A stretch of DNA of 64,000 bases. Source: Cytophagales bacterium. Lineage in GTDB: Bacteria; Bacteroidota; Bacteroidia; Cytophagales; VRUD01. Positions 15,575-23,781 of the stretch are shown in pieces (within the stretch, counting starts at the first letter, position 1; the number at the start of each line of letters is the position of its first letter). The notes under the pieces are model-generated. The model saw only the letters and a program-made list of their open reading frames with translations. It was not told the DNA's origin and ran no database searches. The translations under genes and the position numbers were made by a program. Location of the stretch: contig VRUD01000013.1 in assembly GCA_019456305.1 (NCBI GenBank), positions 1,594 through 65,593 on the forward strand. Reading direction: 5' to 3'.

Positions 15575-17668
15575 ATGGATAAATTCCAAATAATCACCCA
15601 ATATTCCCCATGGTTAATATTGCTATGTTTGATTGCAGGATTTACCTATTCTTTTATTTTATACCGCAAGCCATCTCCCTGGAATAAAACAATAAATCAA
15701 ATTCTTTCAGTCGTTCGCTTCCTGCTGGTTTCGTTCCTTTGTTTCCTGTTATTAAGCCCTTTCGTAAAACAGATCAGGAATTTTATTGAGTTACCTACCG
15801 TTGTCTTTGCTGTTGACAATTCTCAATCAATAACATTAGGATCGGATTCCACGCAATTACAAAAATACCTGTCTGAAGTAGAAAAGGTAAAAACAGCATT
15901 GGAGTATGAGGATATTAAGGTAGACCTGCAAACATTCAATGAAGATGAAAAATCAAATTCCCTTAATAATATAAAATTCAATAAAAATTCAACGGATATA
16001 AGCCGCCTGCTAAAAAATGTAGAATCAAATTATGAAAACAGGAATTTAGCCGGGGTCATATTAATATCTGATGGTATTTATAACCAGGGTATCGCTCCGA
16101 ATTTTTTCAATTACAATTTTAACATTTTCACCGTTGGGCTCGGTGATACTATACCCAGGAAGGATATTAATTTAAGGGCGCTTTATTACAATAAAATTGC
16201 CTATGCAGGTAATAAATTTCCGGTCGTAGCTGAAATTTATAATACCGGATTTAAAGGTGAAACTATCAATGTCTTTCTGCGCCAGCATGGAAAAATAATA
16301 GCAAAGAGACCTTTCAGGATCACTAATAATAACAGCATTAATGAGATAGAATTTTATATTACCTCTTCACAAAAAGGGATCCACCATTATGAAGTAATGA
16401 CAGAGCGCCAGGATGGAGAGTTTACATACATCAACAATACAAAGCATGCATACATTGATATTATTGAAGGAAAAGAAAGGATCCTGCTTGTGGCATTAAC
16501 GCCTCATCCGGATATTAAAGCAATAAGAAGCGCAGTAGAACAAAACGAAAATTACGAGTTTAACACCTACATTTTAAATGTAGAGCACGGGCACAAAGAA
16601 TTTAATGTAGAAAAGTATGACCTGATCATCTTTCACCAGGTACCCAATAAATACAATAAAGGAAATAAACTTATTCAAAAATTCCGCAATATACCCCACT
16701 GGTTTATCCTGGGGAGCCAATCAAATTTCCAGACGTTCAACCAGGTAAACAACGGCATAATGATCCACCCAAGAGGCAATCAAACAGATTTGGTAACTTC
16801 ATCTTTTAACCCGGATTTTGATAAATTCCGGTTTTTAGAATCCAGTCAGGCTATCCTGCAAAAGCTGCCGCCTTTGAAAGTTCCTTTTGGTGAATATAAG
16901 ATCTCTCCAAATACTGACGTGATCTTCTTTCAGAAAGTTGGAAGTATAACTACCGGCAAACCCTTATTTATAGTAAACGCAGATCCGGACTACAGATCAG
17001 CGGTTTTATTGGGTGAGGGTATCTGGAAATGGAGGCTGCAGGAATATTTACAGACAGATAAGTACAATACATTTGATAATTTGATCATTAAACTGATCCA
17101 ATACCTGTCAGCCAAAGAAGACAAAAGAAAATTCAGGGTTTATCCAATTTCAAATGAGTTCAACAGCACGGATAAAATAATTTTTGAAGCCCAAATTTAT
17201 AACGATGTTTATGAAAAGGTATATGGCAAGGAAATAGCGCTTAAGATCACCGGTGAAGAAAATAATTTCTGGTCATACAGTTTTGTGAATAGTGAAGATT
17301 ATTCAAGATTTGAAGCAGGCAGCCTGCCGCAGGGTATTTACAGGTATCATGCTTCCTGTAAAATTTCCGGTAAAACCGAAAATAGCGCAGGAGAATTTAC
17401 CATTAAAGAGCTCCAGCTTGAAGCAACCAATACAACGGCAGATCACAATATGCTCAGACAATTAGCGGAACAAACTGGCGGCAAATTCTTTCTGTCTGAA
17501 GATATCAAGCAGATTGCCGGACATCTTATTGATAGCAATATTGCAAAAAATATTATTCACAGTAAGGAAGCATTATCAGAGCTGATCAATCTCAGGTGGC
17601 TGCTGTTTTTGTTCCTGTTTCTGGTCTCTTTGGAATGGTTTGTCAGGAAGTATAAAGGAGGGTATTGA
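15575..17668 (+). CDS. large membrane-anchored hypothetical protein (697 aa)
   Basis: It has two N-terminal TM helices and one C-terminal TM helix. The ORF is clean. The function is not recognised. Confidence 0.6.
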   Translation: MDKFQIITQYSPWLILLCLIAGFTYSFILYRKPSPWNKTINQILSVVRFLLVSFLCFLLLSPFVKQIRNFIELPTVVFAVDNSQSITLGSDSTQLQKYLSEVEKVKTALEYEDIKVDLQTFNEDEKSNSLNNIKFNKNSTDISRLLKNVESNYENRNLAGVILISDGIYNQGIAPNFFNYNFNIFTVGLGDTIPRKDINLRALYYNKIAYAGNKFPVVAEIYNTGFKGETINVFLRQHGKIIAKRPFRITNNNSINEIEFYITSSQKGIHHYEVMTERQDGEFTYINNTKHAYIDIIEGKERILLVALTPHPDIKAIRSAVEQNENYEFNTYILNVEHGHKEFNVEKYDLIIFHQVPNKYNKGNKLIQKFRNIPHWFILGSQSNFQTFNQVNNGIMIHPRGNQTDLVTSSFNPDFDKFRFLESSQAILQKLPPLKVPFGEYKISPNTDVIFFQKVGSITTGKPLFIVNADPDYRSAVLLGEGIWKWRLQEYLQTDKYNTFDNLIIKLIQYLSAKEDKRKFRVYPISNEFNSTDKIIFEAQIYNDVYEKVYGKEIALKITGEENNFWSYSFVNSEDYSRFEAGSLPQGIYRYHASCKISGKTENSAGEFTIKELQLEATNTTADHNMLRQLAEQTGGKFFLSEDIKQIAGHLIDSNIAKNIIHSKEALSELINLRWLLFLFLFLVSLEWFVRKYKGGY

Positions 17669-17740
17669 GAGACGGGAAATGGGGAAAGGGTTTAGGTGAA
17701 TATACCTGATAATTATTTTATTATACTTGTTTTCAAATTA

Positions 17741-18115
17741 TCAAATCTTTTTAACCGTTACGCCCAGATCAACCATTTCCTGTAATTCTTTCCCTACATT
17801 TTTCATTTCAGTATCATTTTCTTTATAACACCAAATTATATCAACCTGGTACCCCTCTTTACTTATTTTTTCAAGTTTATAAAGTAATTCCAGAAAGCAT
17901 TTGTATGATGATGAATTAAAATAATCAAGATTAAAGACAATTTTAGTATATTTGTTCGGTTTGGCACAATATTGATCCAGCCAATCCAGTATTGGACTGT
18001 AATATTCTGAAGTATTTTCCGGAAAAGAGTTGCCGGAAATTTCAAATTTGTTATTTTTGGGGTCAAATATTATATTAGGAGTATCCTCTTCGGCATTGAA
18101 ATTAAGAATGTCCAT
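17741..18115 (-). CDS. DUF1987 / SiaC-family protein
   Basis: The motifs EDTPNIIFDPKNNKFEISGNSFPEN, YSPILDWLDQY and LDYFNSSSYKCFLELL match the DUF1987 pattern. I prefer the start at MDILNF over the track start at 18157. Confidence 0.65.
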   Translation of the reverse strand: MDILNFNAEEDTPNIIFDPKNNKFEISGNSFPENTSEYYSPILDWLDQYCAKPNKYTKIVFNLDYFNSSSYKCFLELLYKLEKISKEGYQVDIIWCYKENDTEMKNVGKELQEMVDLGVTVKKI

Positions 18116-18181
18116 GATTATAAATGTATAAAACAGCAATAATACAAATAAGAACATAGTTATACAAATTGATTAAAAAAA

Positions 18182-18291
18182 TTTTAACACAGAGGGCACA
18201 GAGTTTTACGAGTTACACAGAGAAAGATTAAAAGGTATATTCACAGAAATATTGTCGGCTAAAAAATAAAATTAGTTACTCTGTGTTAAAA
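18182..18291. repeat. 110-bp palindromic element with internal cacagag repeats
   Basis: It has 13-bp terminal inverted repeats, ttttaacacagag / ctctgtgttaaaa. Inside are four cacagag motifs. Confidence 0.65.
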
Positions 18292-18334
18292 TATTAATAA
18301 CATTGAAATTCCGATAAAATAAAATCAAATTCAA

Positions 18335-19303
18335 ATGCGAAAAACAATATTATCATTTTTAATTATCATTATTATTAATATTTGCGGCTACACCTGGGGT
18401 TTCTTTGCCCATAGAAGGATCAACCATCTTGCGGTATTTACCCTGCCGACTGAGATGGTCAGCTTTTATAAGAAACACATTCTTTATATCACTGAAAATG
18501 CAGTGAACCCTGACAGAAGGCGCTATGCGGTAGAAGGAGAAGCGCCCAGGCATTATATTGACATTGATCATTTTGGGAAAGATGCTATTTATACGATGCC
18601 CCGAAGATGGGAAGATGCAGTTGCAAAATACACAGAAGATACCCTTATGGCTTACGGTATCGTGCCATGGCATATCAACACGGTGAAGTATTGGTTAACA
18701 AATGCATTCAGGGATAAAGATGTAAACCGCATTTTACGTATTTCGGCAGACCTCGGCCATTATATTGCAGACGCCAATGTGCCGCTTCATACCACCGAAA
18801 ATTATAACGGTCAGTTTACAGGCCAGTATGGGATACACGCATTCTGGGAATCACGATTGACGGAATTATATTCGGATGAGTATGATTTTTTTGTGGGACA
18901 GGCAAGCTATATTAATGACCCATTGGAAACTGCCTGGAGTGCGGTTACTCAGGCCCATCTTGCTTTGGATTCGGTATTTTCATTTGAGCGGCAATTAAAC
19001 CAAAAGTTTTCCGGGGATAAAAAGTATAGTTTTGAGGACAGGCTTAACCGGACTACACGCGTTTATTCAAAAGCTTATTCTAAAGCATACCACCAGATGC
19101 TCAATAACCAGGTTGAAAGGCAGATGAGAAGAGCCGTCAAGATGACAGGTGACTTCTGGTACACCTGCTGGGTAGATGCAGGCCAGCCCAACCTGGATGA
19201 ACTGACCGGAAATGAATTAACGGAAGATGAAATTAACAAACAGAAAGAAGAGGAAGAAAAATGGAAGAAAGGAAAGCTGAAGGCAAGGAAGCATGAACGT
19301 TGA
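18335..19303 (+). CDS. zinc-dependent phospholipase C / S1-P1 nuclease superfamily protein
   Basis: It has a signal peptide followed by WGFFAHRRINHLAV, with His/Asp-rich metal-ligand positions (HYIDIDHF, HYIADANVPLHTTENYNG). Confidence 0.6.
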   Translation: MRKTILSFLIIIIINICGYTWGFFAHRRINHLAVFTLPTEMVSFYKKHILYITENAVNPDRRRYAVEGEAPRHYIDIDHFGKDAIYTMPRRWEDAVAKYTEDTLMAYGIVPWHINTVKYWLTNAFRDKDVNRILRISADLGHYIADANVPLHTTENYNGQFTGQYGIHAFWESRLTELYSDEYDFFVGQASYINDPLETAWSAVTQAHLALDSVFSFERQLNQKFSGDKKYSFEDRLNRTTRVYSKAYSKAYHQMLNNQVERQMRRAVKMTGDFWYTCWVDAGQPNLDELTGNELTEDEINKQKEEEEKWKKGKLKARKHER

Positions 19304-19313
19304 TATAAAAGTT

Positions 19314-19419
19314 GCTGGTTACTGGGTACTGGTTGCTGGGTAAAGGTAGTGATTACTGTCAGAAAGAATTACCAACCTGCCTGCCGAAAGCAAATAATCC
19401 AGAACCCAGTAACCAGAGC
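19314..19419. repeat. palindromic element (ggttactggg family)
   Basis: gctggttactgggtactgg (19314-19332) is the imperfect reverse complement of ccagaacccagtaaccagagc (19399-19419). Confidence 0.6.
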
Positions 19420-19497
19420 CCAGTAGCTGTTCATTAAGAGCACAAATAATAGATTGAAATATAAATTTCATTTAAACATTGAAATTCCGACTTCAAT

Positions 19498-21186
19498 TCA
19501 AATGTCCGCCTCAAAATGCAGATAAAATCCATGTTCCCCACGACCATTCACACTGTATTCAATCCTAAACACTGTATCATAAAAAGTCACAATATCCAGC
19601 CCAATTCCTCCACCTTGAAGAAAACTATTGGTTAATGGATTGTTTTTTTTTGTAAAACTTTTATTTACCACATATCCTGCGTCTGTATAGACCTTTAAAT
19701 AAAGCGCAAAAGGAATGGTTTGAAACTGCCGGATCGGGATCAAAGTTTTAAGTTCTTTTGTAGTTGAAAATAGCTGCTTTTTCAGGGTAACTTTTCCCAG
19801 CAAATAGTGCTGTCCGTCAATCACATAAAATTCATAGCCCCTTACAAAGTCCTGGTAATAGCCAAATGCCATGGAATTAAACCAGGGCTGTATTTTGGGG
19901 ATGGAATTTTTTGTTTTGATCAACCAAGCCAGGTAGGTCTTTTTCCCAACATCCCAAAATTTTGAATAACCGGCTGTAAATTCCAATTGATTGATGTCAT
20001 TGAATATGCCTGTTCCGGGCTTTTTTACTTCAAACATAAAATAACTTCCTTTAAGAGGATAGTATTGTATATCTCTGAAATCTCTTTTATAGGCATAGCT
20101 GACCTGGAAATATTTTTGTTCATGATCCCCCTTATTATTAAAATAATTCGGATTCAGCGCTATTACTGTGTCAGCAATGGTATTGTAGTTGAATTTTATA
20201 TCAAGAGAATGGCTTATGTGTATTGCTTTTCTTCTAAAAAGCTTCACCCCGGCATTGAACCTTTCTCTGATGAATTCAGGGTCCTCATAAAAAACAAGCT
20301 TATTTTCGAAGGCTTTGACCGTATCTCCTGTCTTATAAGCAATCTCCCTGTTTCTTGAATAAGATATTGAAGGCCTCATGCCTACAATTTGTTTTTTGTC
20401 AATATAGGGGATGTTGTAATAAAGTTCATATTTTCTTGTATAGCCTGATTGTAAAACAACCTTTAGCCGTTCATTTTTACCCCTGCAGTTTTCCTGGTAA
20501 AATCTGATCCCGTATTCAATCCTGTCAAGGTCTTTATTTTGCTCGTCCCACCAAACATTGAAATTCCTGTCTGCCAATTCTAAGATAGGGATAGGGAAGG
20601 TGTACCAGCGTTCTTTTACAATAATAATTATATCTATGAATTCATTATTTTCTGATCTTCCCTCATTCCCCTGCCCGCCTGCCTGCGCCTTTGGGGCTCC
20701 GGCAGGCAGGCGTTTTACGTCTGAATATACCAAACGCTCTGCGCTTAGCTCTACTGTTACAAACAAGCCAGTATTAAAAATATTATTCCGGTTAATTTCC
20801 AATAGGTGGTCTATAGATCCTTCAGTCAAAGTATCACCAACACCAAAATTCAATTCTCTAAGGATTATAAGATCTTTTGTTCTTGTATTTCCCAGTGTAA
20901 TAATTTCCTTGATGATGATAGATTTTTTGTCAAATTGTAGAGACGTTGGGTAGAGACGACCAAATTGGGCGTCTCTACCCAACGTCTCTACAATTTGACT
21001 TGTATCCTGATCCGAATGACTTGGTAATGCGTTGATATTATAGATAAGAACATAGCTTTGCAAATTGATTAAAAAAAATGCCACTAAATCACGAAAACAC
21101 AAAATCCCACAAAAAAAAGGTTTATAAAATAATTTAGAGGGATTTTGTGTTTTAGTCCCGCCAAAGGCGGGATTGTGGCAAAACAT
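19498..21186 (-). CDS. Omp85/BamA-family outer-membrane protein (POTRA plus surface-antigen barrel); start uncertain
   Basis: It has a POTRA-like segment (IIKEIITLGNTRTKDLIILRELNFGVGDTL) and a C-terminal beta-barrel ending in an aromatic-rich strand. All in-frame ATG starts lie inside repeat elements. Confidence 0.7.
   Translation of the reverse strand: MFCHNPAFGGTKTQNPSKLFYKPFFCGILCFRDLVAFFLINLQSYVLIYNINALPSHSDQDTSQIVETLGRDAQFGRLYPTSLQFDKKSIIIKEIITLGNTRTKDLIILRELNFGVGDTLTEGSIDHLLEINRNNIFNTGLFVTVELSAERLVYSDVKRLPAGAPKAQAGGQGNEGRSENNEFIDIIIIVKERWYTFPIPILELADRNFNVWWDEQNKDLDRIEYGIRFYQENCRGKNERLKVVLQSGYTRKYELYYNIPYIDKKQIVGMRPSISYSRNREIAYKTGDTVKAFENKLVFYEDPEFIRERFNAGVKLFRRKAIHISHSLDIKFNYNTIADTVIALNPNYFNNKGDHEQKYFQVSYAYKRDFRDIQYYPLKGSYFMFEVKKPGTGIFNDINQLEFTAGYSKFWDVGKKTYLAWLIKTKNSIPKIQPWFNSMAFGYYQDFVRGYEFYVIDGQHYLLGKVTLKKQLFSTTKELKTLIPIRQFQTIPFALYLKVYTDAGYVVNKSFTKKNNPLTNSFLQGGGIGLDIVTFYDTVFRIEYSVNGRGEHGFYLHFEADI
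21079..21180. repeat. short MITE-arm-derived hairpin element carrying an embedded cccgccaaaggcggg hairpin
   Basis: tgccactaaatc...cacaaaatcccac pairs with gggattttgtgttttagt, and the ends are tgccac / gtggca. It shares arm sequence with the 153-bp element. Confidence 0.6.
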
Positions 21187-21336
21187 TGAAATTCCGATAC
21201 GTTTAAAATAGAAAAAAATAATGATACAACATTTTGTTTCTTTTGGAAATGTCATAACTTTGTCTAAATGTTGAATTAAACTGATGCCAATATACGTATG
21301 TATAATGCTAATCCCGCCTTTGGCGGGACTAATGAT

Positions 21337-22527
21337 ATGAAAAACTATTTAACATACCTGTTTTTAATGATGCCTTTTTACCAGATTACCTATGCACAGG
21401 TCAATCCTGCCTCAACCATAGTGACTTTTCAAAAAACTTTTGGAGGAAAAAATGATGATATTGGCAATTCAGTTCAGCAAACTAAAGATGGGGGTTATAT
21501 TATCACAGGCGGTACGAGAAGTTCCGAAACAGAGCTTGATGATGTACTTCTGATAAAGACCGATGCTCTTGGAGATATTATATGGGAAAAATCGTTTGGA
21601 GAAAAAGGTAACGATGCCGGCTGGTCAGTTCAACAAACTGCAGACGGTGGCTATATTATTGCAGGCGAGATGAGCCATTCCAGGGCAGCGAAAACCTATG
21701 TCTATCTTATCAAGACCAATGCTAAAGGAGATGTTCTGTGGGAAAAATCGTTTGGCGGAAAAGATTACGATGCCGGTTATTCTGTTCAGCAAACTGATGA
21801 TAATGGGTATATTATCACAGGCGAAACCAGCAGCTTTGGAGCGGGGGTAGATGATGTTTATATAATTAAGACCTCTGTTAAAGACGATGACCATTTGACA
21901 AAGACCTATGGAGGTAAAGACAGTGATGTGGGTTATTCAGTGCAGCAAACTGCTGACGGAGGCTTTATTATCACAGGACTTACCAGCAGCTTTGGAGCAG
22001 GAGGCTTTGATGTTTATTTGGTCAAGACCGATGCCCGGGGAGAAGCGCTTTGGACAAAATCCATTGGGGGGAAACAAAGCGATGCCGGCAGATCAGTACA
22101 GCAAACTACTGACGGGGGTTATATTATAACCGGATTTACCGAAAAAGGAAATTTTGACGTTTATTTGATAAAGACCAATGCTGCCGGAGATACAATGTGG
22201 ACAAAAACCTTCGGAGGAACAGGCAGTGATGTCGGCTATTCAGTACAGCAAACTACTGATGGGGGGTATATCATCACAGGAGAGACCAGCAGCTTTGGAG
22301 ATGAAGACTTTGATGTTTATTTGATAAAGACAAATTTCAATGGCACAACGCTCTGGACAAAAACCTTTGGGGGAAAGGGCATTGATGTTGGCAGATCGGT
22401 CTGGCAAACTGCTGACGAAGGCTTTATTATCACAGGATGGACTGAGAGCAGGGGGGCAGGCGGTGTTGATGTATTGTTGATCAAAACCGATGCCAAGGGG
22501 AATTGCAAGGAACCCTCTAACAAATGA
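21337..22527 (+). CDS. secreted protein with nine tandem ~40-aa repeats (beta-propeller-like)
   Basis: It has the signal peptide MKNYLTYLFLMMPFYQITYAQ. Nine FGG..D.G.SVQQT.DGGYIITG...DV(Y/L)LIKT...G...W(T/E)K units follow. The track start at 21298 lies in a repeat. Confidence 0.7.
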   Translation: MKNYLTYLFLMMPFYQITYAQVNPASTIVTFQKTFGGKNDDIGNSVQQTKDGGYIITGGTRSSETELDDVLLIKTDALGDIIWEKSFGEKGNDAGWSVQQTADGGYIIAGEMSHSRAAKTYVYLIKTNAKGDVLWEKSFGGKDYDAGYSVQQTDDNGYIITGETSSFGAGVDDVYIIKTSVKDDDHLTKTYGGKDSDVGYSVQQTADGGFIITGLTSSFGAGGFDVYLVKTDARGEALWTKSIGGKQSDAGRSVQQTTDGGYIITGFTEKGNFDVYLIKTNAAGDTMWTKTFGGTGSDVGYSVQQTTDGGYIITGETSSFGDEDFDVYLIKTNFNGTTLWTKTFGGKGIDVGRSVWQTADEGFIITGWTESRGAGGVDVLLIKTDAKGNCKEPSNK

Positions 22528-22655
22528 CGAGTGATGAATGAAAAATGAAGATGGGTTATGGATATTGGGATGCTGGTTTTTATTCGTATCATTTGTAAAT
22601 CAAAAGCATGGTCATAGATTCAGGAATTTTTATTGCTAAGCGCAGATATACAGAT

Positions 22656-22991
22656 TCACATATTTATAGTCTTAACATTTGCGACACTAGTATAAGTAAT
22701 ACTGTTTTTGTATCTTGATTTTTTTTCAACCAAGTCTAACAGACTACGTAAATTCTCATTTAATTTAATAAACCTTACCTTTTTGCCAAGCAAATTTAAT
22801 TTAGTCCTATGGCTGTGCAATTCGTCAAAAAAGGATCTTGTTGCATAAGATATTTCAGAAAAGTCCAGATTGATGTTATTCTCAGTTGATTTCGAGAGAA
22901 TATCAAATAGATCACGTGCTGCCTGTCGGGTAATTAAACCCGAGGCATTAAATAGTTGACTGATATTTATTACTTCATTTGACATAGTCAT
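22656..22991 (-). CDS. STAS-like domain protein (DUF4325)
   Basis: The core LDFSEISYATRSFFDEL and the 111-aa size match the DUF4325 pattern (DF.gV...s.SF.DE). Confidence 0.65.
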   Translation of the reverse strand: MTMSNEVINISQLFNASGLITRQAARDLFDILSKSTENNINLDFSEISYATRSFFDELHSHRTKLNLLGKKVRFIKLNENLRSLLDLVEKKSRYKNSITYTSVANVKTINM

Positions 22992-23477
22992 ATAAGTTAA
23001 ACGTAGAAACAGGCTTGTTAAGTTTCATCATAACGATTGTTCCCTTCCAATAGTATTTGGCAAAGTTAATGAATTTTTTACCAAATTTAGCAGAATGCCA
23101 AAATGCAGCATCACCAGACATGATGAAAAACTCTCCATTGAATTCTCTTTCTTTAAAGTTGAGCGAGGGAAAAAGAGATTTTTATTTGATTTTCTACGAA
23201 TGTTTCTGGTTAAACGAAAACCCATGCGGTGGGGTATGCTCTTTGCCACCGCAGGTACGAGGATGGCAATTGATAAAACTGCTGTGAGCCTTCAATACCC
23301 TACAACTCTACTTGAACTATACTAGGCTTTGACGTGAAGTATCTATGGAATATCCATGCCTTTGAAGTGGGGGAATTAGCGATGTGTTATGAGCGATCTC
23401 CACTTCTACATAATACAAAATATAAGCTATAAAAAAATAATATAGTAAATAATTTGGCATTTATGAACATAAATAGT

Positions 23478-23485
23478 TATATTTG
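23478..23485 (+). promoter_or_regulatory. candidate -7 box (TAtaTTTG) for the small-ORF/GHKL operon
   Basis: The sequence tatatttg lies 17 nt upstream of the ATG at 23503. Confidence 0.4.
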
Positions 23486-23502
23486 CAAAAAATGTCTCAA
23501 TT

Positions 23503-23727
23503 ATGAAAACAAAAAGAGAAAGATTTGAAATTATTGCTTCAAATAGAGTTCAAAAGATTATTGATACTCTTGATAGCTTGAGTAAGTGTTCTAACAGAAA
23601 TAACTATGAATATAATGAGATAGATATAAGAAAGATGGAAAAAGTATTCAAGGAAAAAATGAATGAGGTATTAGCTTTATTCAATAATGGTCTCAAGAAA
23701 GGGTATAAAACAGAATTTAAATTTTGA
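23503..23727 (+). CDS. 74-aa helical hypothetical protein, first gene of the GHKL operon
   Basis: The ORF is clean, Lys/Glu-rich and predicted helical by eye. It lies 54 nt upstream of the GHKL gene. Confidence 0.4.
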   Translation: MKTKRERFEIIASNRVQKIIDTLDSLSKCSNRNNYEYNEIDIRKMEKVFKEKMNEVLALFNNGLKKGYKTEFKF

Positions 23728-23781
23728 AGCAATAAATAATCGAGCATTACATGCTATATTACATCAATACTTGTATAGAAT

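Noticed and set aside
17741-18115. SiaC-type (DUF1987) gene as part of a SiaABCD-like signalling module
   Set aside because: No SiaA-like phosphatase, SiaB-like kinase or diguanylate cyclase is adjacent, so it appears to be a solitary gene.
19987-20953. ORFs 19987-20358 and 20558-20953 on the plus strand
   Set aside because: They are antisense to the Omp85/BamA-family gene, whose POTRA and barrel features are recognisable, and they carry no motifs of their own.
23028-23325. Three overlapping ORFs (23028 minus, 23057 plus, 23095 plus) as genes in the defence block
   Set aside because: They overlap each other in different frames, have odd composition and show no motifs. I treat the region as non-coding, a possible RNA or a decayed gene instead (see the finding).
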